A stretch of 64,000 bases of DNA from Hemiscyllium ocellatum (Eukaryota). The stretch is from assembly GCF_020745735.1 (NCBI RefSeq), contig NC_083404.1, positions 37,199,731-37,263,730 of the forward strand, written 5' to 3'. A program made the position numbers and the translations under genes. Below the pieces are notes generated by a model. The model searched no databases, was not told where the DNA came from, and saw only the letters and a program-made list of their open reading frames with translations. This document shows, one piece after another, positions 24,405 to 37,780 of the stretch (within the stretch, counting starts at the first letter, position 1; the number at the start of each line of letters is the position of its first letter).

Positions 24405-24662
24405 AACCCTATTGTGTAGAAGCAGGCCACTCAACCCACTGACCCTCCAAAGAGCACCCCACCTGGTATTTCCCATGGCTAACTCATTTCCCATTCCTAG
24501 CCTGCACATCCTTGGACTGTGAGAGGAAACTAGAGCACCTGGAGGAAGCCCACACAGACATAGGGAGAATGTGCAAACTCCACATAGACACAGCCTGATG
24601 TTGGATTTGAACCCAAGTTTCTGGTGCTGTGAAGGAGCAGTGCTAACGACTGAGCCACCATG
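24405..24662 (-). mobile_element. Diverged HE1-like SINE
   Basis: Core GGACTGTG.GAGGAAAC..GAGCACC.GGAGGAA. Confidence 0.75.
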
Positions 24663-26200
24663 ATTGATTGCACATTGCTACCACTATGCTGAATGTGATA
24701 GATTTAGAAAAATCTAGCAACTCAAGACTGAGGGCCCATGAGATGCTGGGGGCATCAATAACAGCAGAATTGTACTCAAACATAGTCTGTAATTTCATAG
24801 TACAACATATTCACCACTGACTATCAGATTAGGGGAGAAACACTGGTTCAGTGAAGAGTACAGGAGGCTTTGCCAGAAGAAACACCAGGCATATCTCAAA
24901 ATGAGATATTAACTTTATGAAGTGTTAGGAAGCATTATTAAGGGTAGGTTGTGTTCAGAAACTTTATTGTTAGGTAGTGCTCACGTAAGGTAGTACTAGC
25001 AAGTCTGGAAACTGTTAGCTTCACTAGACAACAGTAAGCCATTATGTTACACTAAGAACAGACTGAAACACTGATGGCATAATGGGGCCACAGGGAGGGT
25101 GAACAGATAACAGGACATTGAAACCGTGTTAGATTGCACGTAGCTCATACTGAGGTAACTGAATCTTATCTCTTCTGGAACCAATACTATTAGAGAATAC
25201 CGCTTCTTACCAAATAAGGATGTAGCACTGGGATGTGAGGGGCTAAAAGCTAGACAAAGAGAACAATAGATCAGAACGCGCCTTCTCCAGTGAAGAGTAA
25301 ATATCTCACTGCATGTCCTGTGTACAGCTCTCTCTCATTAAAACAGCTTATATTTTGAATCAGATCCTGTGTCTCTCTCCTTCAAACGAACACGGGACGG
25401 TAGCCCCGTCCTAACAGAAGCTAGAACACAAGCTTTGTTTACAACACATAGCATTTTCATTGAGTTATAGATAGACCTAAGTAGTTCCACAACTAATGGA
25501 TCAGAGCTTATCTGTACAATCCTAACACATCTGGTTATGAATGGCGGTGGACAATTAAACAATTATCTGGATGAGAAGGTTCCACAGATATCTCCACCTT
25601 TAATGAAAGGAAGGATGAGTGCATTGGTGCAAAAGACATGCCTCAGGCATTTGTAACAATCTGTTTTCCTTCAACCCACACAATTCACTCCCGAGAGTAT
25701 CAAACAATGGCCGAAGCACTGGTTATGCAAAGGCTATGGGCGCTGACAATCTTATGGCAATATCAATGAAGATCTGCTGTACCTGTCATCCAACTGCTCC
25801 AGTACAGCTACAAGACTGGCATCAACCCAAAAATATGGAAAATTACTGATTAATGTCAAGTACAAAGAAAAGTACAAATGCAATTCAGCCAATTCCCACC
25901 TAATCCATCTGCTCTTGATTATTAGTAAAATTTTGGAAAATATGATCAATAATGCTATAAAGAAGCATATGGTTAGAAATAGTCTGATCACTGATACTCA
26001 AACTCCGTTCCACCAGAGCCAGTTCTATGAATCCTTGACCTCATTACAGCCTTGGTCCAAACTCAAACACTAAATCTGAATACTGGAGGGAAGATTACTT
26101 CAAGTGTGGCATGAAGGAGCCCTAATAAAATTTCAGTCAATGAAAATTGGGAAAACCACTCTTCCAATCATTGGAAATTGGATGAAAATTAAATGAGGGT
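24660..26200 (+). mobile_element. L2/Crack-like LINE fragment interrupted by a solo LTR
   Basis: KA.G.DN, W....V.P..KK...NY.PI-like RT N-terminal motifs near 25730-26000. Confidence 0.55.
24923..25416 (+). mobile_element. Solo LTR (494 bp), Gypsy/Ty3-like
   Basis: 8-bp inverted termini TGTTAGGA...TCCTAACA; 4-bp TSD GAAG at 24919-24922 and 25417-25420; strand tentative (ATTAAA near 25337). Confidence 0.88.
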
Positions 26201-26269
26201 GGTTGGAAATGGGTGAGAGTCCAGTTGGCTTGAATAGAGTGTAAAAAGGAGTTTAGCAACAAAGGCAGT

Positions 26270-29200
26270 TGAGAAACAATGACAGATATTTAAGAAAACA
26301 GTTCATAGCTAGCAGCTTTAAAATATCTCAGTGACCAAAAAGGATTTGAGGACAGAGATAAACCAACTATGGCTAACCAGGCAAATTAAGGATAGCATCA
26401 GATTGAAAGAGGAAACATACAATATGGCAAGTATCAGGTGTAAGCCAGAGGATTGGGAACATTTTAGAAACCAACAAAAGATAGCCAACAACAAAAAGAA
26501 ATAAAGAGGGAGAAGAGGGTAAACTTGGAAGTTATATTAAGATAGGAATTCAGAGCTGCTTTCAATATATGAAAAGGAAGCGAAAAGCCAAAGTGAACAT
26601 AGGGCCTTGGAGAATAATGCTGGGAAATGACAACTGGGAACCAAGAAATGGCAGATGAGTTAATTCAATAAATTGCATCAGTCTTTATAATAGAAGGTAC
26701 ATTAGCATTCAAAACTAACTAAATATTAAGGAGCAGTGGGACGAGAGGAAATAAATGCAATAACTGTCACTAGAAAAAAAGATGCTCGGGAAACTAATAG
26801 AACTAAAGAAACTAAAAGGCCCCCCTGAAGCTGATGAGATGCATTCTACGAGATTGGGCGGCATGGTGGCACAGTGGTTAGCACTGCTGCCTCACAGCGC
26901 CTGAGACCCGGGTTCAATTCCCGACTCAGGCGACAGACTGTGTGGAGTTTGCACATTCTCCCCGTGTCTGCGTGGGTTTCCTCTGGGTGCTCCGGTTTCC
27001 TCCCACAGTCCAAAGATGTGCGGGTCAGGTGAATTGGCCATGCTAAATTGCCCCTAGTGTTAGGTAAGGGGTAAATGTAGGGGTATGGGTGGGTTGTGCT
27101 TCGGCGGGTTGGTGTGGACTTGTTGGGCCGAAGGGCCTGTTTCCACACTGTAAGTCTAATCTAATCCAATCTAATTAATGGAAGTAACTGATGAGATAGT
27201 AATCTCATAGCAATCTTCCACAAATCTTGGATTCTGAATGGTTCTGGAGAATTGGAAAATTGCTACTGTAACGCTTTTCTTAAAAAAAAAGAAAACGAAA
27301 AAGCAGGTAACTCTAGGCCAGTTTGCTTAATGACTGATATTGGGGAAATGCAAGTCTTTTGTAAAGGATATAATTAGAGAACATTCAGAAATACAGAATA
27401 TGATCATGCAGAATCAGCATGGTATCAAGAAGGGGAAGTTATACCTGGCAAATTTACTAGGATCTTTTTTTAGGATGTAACAAGCAAAATAGATAAAGGG
27501 AAGCAATGCATGTAAGATATTTGGATTTTTCAGAAGGTGCTTGACAAGATACCATACATTAAGATAATTAATTAGAGACCACTCTATTGGAAGAAATAAT
27601 TAGCATGGTTTATAGATTAGCTAGTGAAACGAAGGCTTGCAAACAATTTGGCAGACATTTGGTATAAGGGGTGGGTGGGGGGAACATTTTCAGAATAACA
27701 ACCTGTAATAAGTAGTGTGCATCAGGGGTCAGTATTGGACCACAATTATTTATGACCCGGGAACTCTGTGAGAAGCTAAAGAAGTGATTGCTGGGACTCT
27801 TGCGGAGATATTTGCATCATTGATAGTCACAGATGAGCTGCCAGAAAACTGGATGTTGGCTAACGTGGTGCCACTGTTTAAGAAGGGCGGAAAGGACAAG
27901 CCAGGAAACTATAGACCAGTGAGCCTGACCTCGGTGGTGGGAAAGTTATTGGAGGGAATCCTAAGGGACAGGATGTACGTGTATTTGGAAAAGCAAGGAA
28001 TGACTAGGGATAGTCAACATGGCTTTGTGCGTGGGAAATCATGTCTCACTAACTTGATTGAGTTTTTTGAGGAAATAACAAAGAGGATGGATGATGGCAG
28101 TGAAGTAGATGTGATCTATATGGACTTCAGTAAGGCATTCGACAAGGTTCCCCATGAGAGACTGATTAGCAAGGTTAGATCAAACGAAATACAGGGAGAA
28201 CTAGCCATTTGGATACAGAACTAGCTCAAAGGTAGAAGACAGAGGGTCGTGGTGAAGGGTTGTTTTTCAGACTGGAAGCCTGCGACCAGTGAAGTGTCGC
28301 AAGGATCGGTGCTGGGTCCTCTACTTTTTGTCATTTACATAAATGATTTGGATGCGAGCATAAGAGGTACTATTAGTAAGTTTGCAGATGACACCAACAT
28401 TGGAGGTGTAGTGGACAGCAAAGAGGGCTACCTCAGATTACGACAGGATCTTGACCAGATGGGCCAATGGGCTGAGAAATGGTAGATGAATGTGAGGTGC
28501 TGCATTTGGGAAAGCAAATTTTAGCAGGACTTATACATTTAACAGTAAGGTCCAAAGGAGTGTTGCTGAACGAAGAGACCTTGGAGTGCAGGTTCATAGC
28601 TCCTTGAAAGTGGAGTCACAGGTAGATAGGATAGTGAAGAAGGCGTTTGGTATGCTTTCCTTTATTGCTCAGAGTATGGAGTACAGGAGTCAGGAGGTCA
28701 TGTTGCGGCTGTACTGGGCACTGGTTAGGCCACTTTTGGAATATTGCGTGCAGTTCTGGTCTCCCTCTGATTGGAAAGAAGTTGAAAGGGTTCAGAAAAG
28801 ATTTACAAGGATGTTGCCAGGGTTGGAGTATTTGAGCCACAGGGAGAGGCTGAACAGGCTGGGGCTATTTTCCCTGGAGCATCAGAGGCTGAGGGGTAAC
28901 CTTATAGAGGTTTACAAAATTATGAAGGGCATGGATAGGGTAAATAGGCAAAGTCTTTTCCCGGGGGTCAGGGAGTCCAGAATAGAGGGCATAGGTTTAG
29001 GGAGAGAGGGAAAAGATATAAAAGAGACCTAAGGGGCAACTTTTTCACGCAGAGGGTGGAACGTATATGAACTGAACTGCCAGAGGAAATGGTGGAGGCT
29101 GGTACAATTGCAACATTTAAGAGGCATTTGGATGGGTATATGAATAGGAAGGGTTTAGAGGGATATGGGCCGGGTGCTGGAGGTGGGGCTAGATTAGGTT

Positions 29201-29460
29201 GGGGTATCTGGGTGGCACGGATGGGTCGGACCGAATGGTCTGTTTCCATGTTGCACATCTCTATGACTCTATGACTCTATGATGACTTGGATAAGGGAAG
29301 TAAATGAACTGTCGCCAAGTTTGTAGATAACGCAAATATGTTTGGAAACACAAGTGTTGACGATGGCGTAAAGATACTGCAAACAAATATACACATTTAC
29401 TAAGTTGGAAACAACATAGAATATAATGTGGATTAACACTTGTAATTTTTGGTTTTAACC
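26270..29460 (+). mobile_element. Old CR1 carrying a nested SINE and a nested younger CR1 (about 27760-29285)
   Basis: ORFs 27784-29032 (NYRPVSLTS, YMDFSKAFDKV, KFADD); (CTATGACT)n tail at 29261-29285. Confidence 0.88.
26856..27175 (+). mobile_element. HE1/V-SINE-like SINE
   Basis: Full copy with A/B-box-like head and (CTAAT)n tail. Confidence 0.92.
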
Positions 29461-30603
29461 TTTGTGAAAGTTTATATAATCTAGTTTCACTATCCAGTGA
29501 GATCATAAAAGACAATGAAAATGAAGTTTAGTTAAGCTTGAAAACAGGAAAACCCAGGCATTTTTTAAATAAGCAACACATGCTAATTAATTTGAGAAAT
29601 CTAAATCTGGGGCTAAACATATTTTGTTATTAAAGGTTATTCATATTTTGTAGTATGTGCACTCCAGAACTACATAAGTCATTGCACATGCACGTGCACT
29701 CAGCATAGTTAAGGTGGGAGTATGAACATTTTGATCTCATGACAGAGAAAAACAGTAATATGATTCCAGTGTGGGGTTTGCAGGAAATCTTATAGGGATG
29801 GTGGTGTTCCCATGAACCTACTATCTTTTCTCTTTTGAAAATGAGACTTTGCTTTAGAACATATTGCAGAGCACATTGCTGCTATTGTAAATTATTGATG
29901 GAAAGTGTGTTGAATGAAGTTCCAGTTAAGTGAGCAGCTTTTCTCTGGATGGTGTTCACCATCTTGATTGTTGTTATAGCCTCTGTCATCCGGGAAATTG
30001 GTGATAATTTCACCATTCTGCTGATGTGTAAGTGGTCGACAGGATTTAGGGAGTGAGGGATTGAGTTTTTTCACAACAAAACCAGCCCCCGACTTTGTCT
30101 TTTAACCACAGATAATACGTAGTTGACTATTTTGTTTCCTGGTCAATGATAGCCCCAGGAGCTTGATCTTAATGGTGGTAATGCAGTTGAAAATCACAGG
30201 GAGGTGTTTAAATTCCATTATGTTGCAGATGGTCATTGCTTAGCACTTGTGAGAACTTCTGAGTTCAACCATGAATGTTGTCTAGATTCTGCTATGGATA
30301 GGCTGAGATTCAATACTTGATCAATCATGAATGATTATGACTACTGCAATCATCAGCAGATATTATTATTTCTGATCATTCTTATTTCTGGTCACCCCCC
30401 TGATGTCACAGAACTGGAATGATTGGCTTTCAATGACCTTAGGTATCTCCTTTTTGCTATGTATGATTCCAACTATCGGACAGACCTCTGGTCAATCATG
30501 CTCATTGATGTCAATCTTACTGAGTCTCCTTAATGCCATTCTTGTTCAAAACCTTCCTTGCTATTAAGGTCAGTAATACTGAGCTCTGGTTTTATACATT
30601 TCT

Positions 30604-31990
30604 TAGAGTAGAGTAGAGTAGAGTAGCTTGTCATTTCTATCATATACAACTGATGCAGTAAAAATGAGACAACATTTCTCCAGTACCAAGGGTGCTACAT
30701 GGACAGCACAAACTATACAATCGTACATGGCATAAAGTGCATAAGAAGTGCAATACACACGAGTTACAGTGTAATAAAAGAATGGTGAATCCTATACATT
30801 TTGCTAGCTGCAATACAAAAGAATTTCAGATGGGAAAGAGTCTGATTATACTGTGTTAAGGAGCCTGATGGCTTGGGAGATGAAACTGTTGCATAGTCTG
30901 GCTGTGAGAGACAGTATGCTCCAGTATCTTCTGCCAGATGGCAGGAGGGAGAAGAGTTTGAGTGAGAACTGTGTGGGTCTTCCACAATCCTCTTTAGCCT
31001 TTTGGATGCAGAATGTGGAGCAAATGCCTGTAATGGAGGGAAGAGAGACCCTGATGATCTTCTCAGCTGCCCTCACTATCCATTGTAATGTCCTTTGATC
31101 CAAGACGGTGCAATTCCTGAACCAGGCAGCGATGCGATGTACTCTCAATGGAATATGGTGAGTTCTGTGGAATATGGTGAGGATAGGGAATGGGAGGTGG
31201 GCTTTCCTCAGCCTACATAGAAAGTAGAGACGCTATTGGGTTTTCTTGGCTATGGAGCCGGTGTTGAGGGTCCAACTGAAATTCTCCACCATGTGTATGC
31301 CAAGAATTTTAGTGCTCTTCACGACCTCCACCGGGGAGCCATTGATACCCAGTGGAGAGTGGTTGCTCAGTGCCCTTCTGAAGTCAATAACCATTTCTTA
31401 TGTCTTGTCCATATTCAGAGACAGGTTCTTGGCTCTGCACCAGTCTGTTAGCCGCTGCACTTCCTCTCTGTATGCTAACTATCTGTTCCTGCCTATGGGA
31501 CCCACTACAGTCATATCATCAGCAAACTTGATGACATGATTCAACCTGTGCACCTGTACTGTGTCAGCAGGGTGAGGAGCAGTGGACTGTGCACACAGCC
31601 CTGGGGGGCATGTTCATTGCGATAGTGTTAGAGATGCTTTTCCCAATCCAGACTGACTGAAGTCTCCCAGTCAGGAAGTTCAGGATCCAGTTACAAAGGG
31701 AGGTACTTAGGCCCTGCCAACTCAGGTTTCCAATCAAGTGCTGTGGAATGATGGTGTTAAGTGCAGAACTGAAATCCACAAACAGTAGTCCTTCTTCTCC
31801 AGGTGGGTGAGGGCCAGATGGAGGGTGGTGGAAGTGGCACCATATGTTGAGCAGTTGGGTCCATATGCTAACTTCAGGGCGTCCAGTCGCTGGGGGGGGG
31901 GGGGGGGGGGGGGGGGTGCTATCAGGACACTCTCAAAGCACTTCATGATGATGAAAATCTCTGGAGATGAGTGGCCCTGGCAGATTCAAA
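30604..31990 (-). mobile_element. Rex1/Babar-clade LINE fragment
   Basis: DFSSA.NTIIP..L..L...G....[12 protein letters not shown] motif (31564-31779); (AGAGT)n tail at 30604-30626. Confidence 0.8.
31892..31916 (+). repeat. Poly-G run (25 nt) within the Rex1/Babar element
   Basis: Direct count. Confidence 0.9.
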
Positions 31991-32844
31991 ACTGAAATCT
32001 GTGAACATATTGCTGTATAGATAATTGTAAGTTGTTCAGAGGTATTATGACACTTGGCCTCAGGCCTCTGACACCAAGTATTGCTTGATAGCAATATCAA
32101 TTACACCTCCCGTCACTTTACAGAAGAATGTTTGGAGAAGGGATTAGCCAATTTGATTCGTCACGTAGAGGATTGAGCAATGTTTCGCACAGTCAGTTAG
32201 TTGCCAGGATTTTAGTTGGAGTTTTATGGAAACATTTGACAATGGATGCAATGTGGAGGAGCATTGTTTCTTCAGTCGAGGAAGGCAGATCATCATCGGC
32301 TGGAGTTTCCCAACCTTCTTTGATCTGATTACATGAAAATTCCTATCGGAGAAGGAATTTCTAAGGGGTCAATGGTCAAATCATGACCTTTGTATCAGGA
32401 GGTCCGGGTTCAAAGGTATGCCATGCTTCAGGGGTATGTCATGATCTGACTGAACAAGATGGTTTTAAAATATCCACATGCAATTTCATGGGTTTTAAAG
32501 TCAACGTTAAAACCAAAGTTAACTACCATAGTGCTATGTGAACTTATACACAGACCCTTATTCCAGGAATCTGAATGAATATTATCCCCGCAGTAACCTT
32601 CCAATTTACCGATGCGGACCCACAGTAGGTATATGGAATCAGATCATACGCCCGTCATGATCACACTGGATGTTATTTGCAAAATAATTTTATCCCCAAT
32701 TTAACAATACAATGTAAAGAACATCTGAAAATAACGAATTGCGTGTGTAGCGCAGCGCGGTGTTTAAATATGCTTGAAATCTCCCAGGGGTACACCTGTT
32801 GGTTGTCTGTCGGCAGCTTGCAAAGAATCAGCAGGATGGCGATC

Positions 32845-32883
32845 GCTTTTTGTGCGGGTTTCCCCTGCCTTTCAGTTACTGTG
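32845..32883 (-). promoter_or_regulatory. 23-RSS of V-C
   Basis: CACAGTA, 23-nt spacer, ACAAAAAGC. Confidence 0.93.
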
Positions 32884-33331
32884 CTATCCCAGAACGCACA
32901 GTAATAGACCCCAGAATCCTCCTTCTTGATCGCCCTCATGAGCAAGCTGCACGTTTTGGTCTCAGAGTTTTTTTCAGCATTTAGTACTCTGTCGGTCACA
33001 TCTTGCTGAGTCTCGGACGGATTCTTGAAATATAGCAGGCGCTGTAGCCTTTGACCCGGGATCTGCCGGTACCAATGGATAATCGCATTGTTGAAATCGT
33101 TCCCTTCAAACTTACATTCAAACCGTACAGTCTTCCCCGGAGCTCTGGTCATTGAGATTGGAGACTGTGTCAAGGTTTGAGCGACCGATTTTCCTGCCAG
33201 TGAAAGATGCAAATCAGAATATTTGTGAATTCAGAGATCGCAGAATGTTAAACAATGGCAATAATCAGTTAGAACCTGCTGTACTGACCGAGGAGAGCGG
33301 TTAGTAAAATCGTAAGGATGTCACCCTTCAT
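32884..33331 (-). CDS. TRGV: V gene segment C. Leader 33289-33331 MKGDILTILLTALL(G), V exon 32884-33193 KSVAQTLTQ...FEC...IHWYRQ...DSGVYYCAFWDS
   Basis: Intact spliced ORF with 95-nt intron (GTCAGT...GGCAG); canonical V-domain residues. Confidence 0.95.
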
Positions 33332-33844
33332 GTTGGTGGAGTCAACAAGGAACTGATTCGAATTTACTAATATCCGCGGAGGACTCAAGCAGTACCGGAA
33401 AAGATGTCAATCTCTTTAAACGAATGCTGGATCTTCCCGTAGCATCAAAGGTGACGGTTACATTGAGTAGCTGAGCATTCACAGCTTCATTTAAATCTGC
33501 CCGTACCTCAACCACACTTTGCAAGTTTTGATCACTCGCTGCGCAAGTTACTTTCTACTGTTGCCGGAGACTTTAGATTGTACACATTTTCCTGCGTTTC
33601 CTTGCCCCGTTCCAGCAATTGAATTGAAAATAGCATTGCAAATCTACGCTTTTAGTACTTTCCTCATCAACTTAATCAGAGTTGGCATCACACACCTCTT
33701 GAACCCAGGCCTCCTGGTACAGATGTCGATGCACTACCACTGTACAGCAAGAACGCTCAGCTCTACCGTTTCTATTCAGTAACAATTTTAGACAGAATTT
33801 GGAGGCGCCGGTGCTGGACAGGGGTGTACAAAGTTTAAAAAACA

Positions 33845-34046
33845 CACACAACACCAGGTTATAGTCCAACAGGCTTATTTGGAAGCACTAGCTTTCGGAG
33901 CGCTGCTCCTTCATCAGGTGGTTGCAGAGAATAAGATTGTAAGACACTTTACAATCTTATTCTCCACGACCATCGGACGAAGGAGCGTCGTTCCGAAAGC
34001 TAGTGCTTCCAAATAAACCTGTTGGACTATAACTCGGTGTTGTGTG
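33845..34046. mobile_element. About 200-bp fold-back element made of two inverted PLE terminal repeats (third family)
   Basis: Arms CACAACACC.GGTTATAGTCCAACAGG...; central perfect stem GAGAATAAGATTGTAA/TTACAATCTTATTCTC with 6-nt loop. Confidence 0.85.
33886..33920 (-). ncRNA. Intact minimal hammerhead ribozyme motif
   Basis: CAC-CTGATGA-A-GGAGC-AGC-GCTCC-GAAA-GCTA-GTG. Confidence 0.78.
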
Positions 34047-36139
34047 GATTTTCTCCGCCCCACTCCAATCCCTGCCAGAACCTCGAGGCGAAAATATCCT
34101 CAATTTTTGAGTGTAGCTCAAACTACGAGCAACGAAAATTATCCTGTGACATCTCCGTGACTGCTCCCAGTGTATTTTATGTAGGCGACCAGAGATGGTA
34201 ATATTACTGGGTCAGGTCTGACCAGGCGCCCTTACAACTTCCTCTCTTTAACACTCGCCACTGAAAATAACATACTGGGAAGTTTGGCTGTACTCGTACA
34301 AGGAATGCAGAAAGTTAGCACTTGGGTGTCCCAAGCGATTAGGAAGGTAAATCGTATGTTTGTCTTTCATACAGTGGTATCAGGTTTGAGGCTAAAGACG
34401 CCTTGCTGCAAGTGGGTGTGCCTTTGATGAGAGCGTCACAGTTTTAGTTTAAGGAAGGAAACATCATTATAGGAGGTGGTGCAGCAAACATTCACTCGAT
34501 CTGTTCCGGGAAGGGAAGGGTTGTCCGAAAGTGAAAGGTTGACCAATATTCCTTAATATTCTTTAGAAGAAAGAGGTCATCGGATTGAAATATACGAAAT
34601 ACTCTGAAAGGTTTTGTACAACTGTTGTTTTCCCGGGATGGAGGATCTATAACGGCGGTGGAAGGGGCCACAACTTTACATTAAGGAGTTGATTGCTCTG
34701 GACTATGACGAGGAGAAATGTCTTCACTGAAGGTTGTGAACCATTGGATTGAGGTTGGCTCTGGGATTGAGTATACTCAAAGTCCATACAACAAGAATTT
34801 TCTTCTTTCAGAGAATCAAGTGACATGGAGAGCTGAGGCAAATCATCGGTCATACTTGTATTAAATGACGGAGCAGGCTCCAGAAATCACGGTTAATTCC
34901 AATTCCTGTTTCCTATTTTGTCACTTGCTATTTTTCTCTCTGCTCCACTTATAGCCGTTCGAAGTGAATGCAGATGAATCCACGGAGCTCGAAGAAAGCG
35001 AAGGATTTCTTTTGGTGCCATGACCGATATTTGTCTTCAACTATCATCACTGAACTAGATCTTTCATATTTACCTTACTGCTCTTGGGGGGATCTTTTGT
35101 GCAACTTGGCCGCTTCATATCTGTGATTTACAACAGCTTTAATAACGTGAAATGTTTTTGGGAAGTCTTCTGTTCATGAAACATAAGATAGAAACTAGGG
35201 CAGGGTAGTCTATTAGGCTCTTCGGGGCTGTTCCGCCACGCAACATGATCATGCCTTCGCCTCTGAGTGCCATGCTCCCCCTTTTACCCCATACCCCTTA
35301 ATGCCTTCAAAATAAAAGAAAAACTAACTCTTGCAAGAGGCAATGTAAATACTAATCCTTTCTAACCAATTCCATCTCGGCTCACATTTGAAACAGGAGA
35401 TAATTCGTGTGCTTCGAAGTCAGGTGAATCTGCCTCACAAGCTGTGAAATGTATCCGTCACCTGACCACGAGACTAATCTTTTTTTAAAAATCATATGCA
35501 TCCCACTCTGTTATGGACCCTATTCATTAAATCCTGTGCTGAGGAAAGGTTTTACTTAGTTTCACTCTTCTATCCAAAGTTAAATAATAGTGTTAGAACT
35601 TCATGTCCTGTATTGTTGGTTGCCTTTCTTGGTATAACAAACGGCGTCATTCTAACAACTGGGAAACCACCTGTTCCAAACAGCTGGTCTCCTCTGTCTG
35701 TCTCTGTACTCTAAATGTTTATCCTTGCTTGGATTCACTATACAAATAAAGTCACCGTAGTCCCAGAGGACGACAGAAACTGTTCTCTCATTTAGGTTGA
35801 TGGTAGGCCTCAGGCTCGATGAGAAGTTGAGAAGTAGAGCCCTTCATGGTAACCTCATCTAGTGCAGGAATTGAATCCAAGCTGGGAGCATCACTCGGCA
35901 TCGTAAACCAGCTGTCCAGCCAATGGAGGTAACAGAACCCTCACAGGGAATAAAGGGAACATGTAAACACTGCGTACAATTTCAAATACTGTGCACAGTG
36001 GTATAGTTGTTTTACTGATGGTTCTATGAGAAGAACCACTGAAACGTAAGGAAGAATTATCATTCCTTTTTTTGATATTGGAATTTTGTTTTTCCTGTTT
36101 GTTTGATCCAAGTCCTGCAATTGCACCAATAGATGACGT

Positions 36140-37780
36140 TCCAAAATTGCTTGGATTCTGGAAAGGCTCCAGTTGATTAGAAAAGTGCTAATATACTGCC
36201 CTTATTCAAATAGGGACTGGGGCAGGAGAAGGCAGAATGCAAAATTATAGACAAGTTTGTTTAATGTCTGGCTTTGGGATATTGTGGGAATCCATTCTTA
36301 AAGAATGAGTAGAAGAACATTTGGAAAGTCAAAACAGAATCCTTCAGTGTCGGCATGGTTTAATGAAGCGTAAATCGTGTTTAATTCATTTGCTAGAGTA
36401 GCTTGAAGAAGTAATATGGTAGTGCATAATGGAAGCCCTCTGAACAATTATGAGGGGCATGGATAGGGTAAATAGACAAAGTCTGTTCCCTGGGATCGGG
36501 GAGTCCAGAACTAGAGCGCATAGGTTTAGGGTGAGAGGGGAAAGATATTAAAAAGACCTAAGGGTCAACTTTTTCACGCAGAGGGTGGAACGTATATGGA
36601 ATGAGCTGCCAGACGAAGTGCTGGAGGTTGGTACAATTGCAATATTTAAGAGGCATTTGGATGGGTATATGAATAGGAAGGGTTTAGAGGGATATGGGCC
36701 TGGTGCTGGCAGGTAGGACTAGATTAGGTTGGGATATCTGGGCGGCATGGACGGGTTGGACCGAAGGGTCTATTCCCATGTTGCATATCTCTACGACTCT
36801 ATGACTCTATGACTGTAGTATGTATAGGTTTCTAGAAGCATTTGATGAGGTTGCACACAAAAGATTAATATACAAGGTACGATCACACGAAGTTAGGGGT
36901 TAAATGTGAACCTGAGAGCACAGAGTATGAATAAATGGGCCTTTTACTGGTTGGCAAGTTGTAAATAGTTGGAATCGTCCCTGGGCCCCAACTATTTACA
37001 ATCTATCTTAAAGACCGAGGTGAATGGAAAGAATGTACTATAATCATATTTACAGGTGATACTAGATAGAACAAGTGGGAAAATAAGTTTCAACTATGAA
37101 ATAAGAAATTTGCAAATGGATATAGGAAGCTGAAGGAAGTCAACCAAAGTTCGGCATATTGATCTAAACGTGGATAAATGTGAGGTTATTCATTTTGGTC
37201 AAAAGAATAAAAAGGCAACTTATTATTAAAGTGGACAGTAATGTCGATATATGTAAGTGGATCTGAGTGTCCTAATGCATGTGGAATAGGGAAGGTAAGC
37301 AGAATTTGTTATTTACATCCTTCACATGTTTGCTCCCTTTACTTCAAGAAGGATGTAATTGGATTGGAGGCGTCAGAGAAAGTTCACAAGATTAATTCCA
37401 GAGTTGAAAGGTTTGTTTTATGAGGACAGATTGAGCAGTTGAGGCCTATTCTCTGAAGAATTTAGAAGGATGAAAAGGGTTCTCATTGAGTCATAGATGT
37501 GTGGTTGGCAAATTTTAAACAAAAATGAGAATGAGTTGCTTCTTTCAAAGGCTTATGAATCTCTTCAGAATCACTAACTCAGATTCCGTGGATACCAGGA
37601 AACTAAATAAATCAGATACAAAGTTTTAATTAGTAATGTGTTAACGAGTTATGGGGAGAGCACAGGTCAGTGGAGCTGAGGTCGAGGCGAGATCAGTCAA
37701 GGTCGTATTAAAGTGTAGAGCAGACTCAAGGGGCTGAGTTGCCCACTCCTGCTCCTGGTTGTTCTGTTCTCATGTTCAAA
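36140..37780 (+). mobile_element. Old CR1 with a nested young CR1 3' fragment (about 36440-36813)
   Basis: Decayed RT motifs either side of a near-intact CR1 3' UTR with (CTATGACT)n tail. Confidence 0.75.

Noticed and set aside
26868-26910. CACAGTG and CACAGCG heptamers in SINE heads (all HE1-like copies)
   Set aside because: No nonamer at 12 or 23 nt; part of the tRNA-derived A-box region
32673-32883. 70-codon read-through of unrearranged V-C past its RSS with a short hydrophobic patch (VpreB-like idea)
   Set aside because: An open tail of this length is not improbable among five Vs, and the hydrophobic patch is too short for a membrane span
33555-33575. FYCCRRL resembling the FYYCRRP start of the antisense ORF at 16458
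   Set aside because: Only about 9-12 matching bases, followed by a stop
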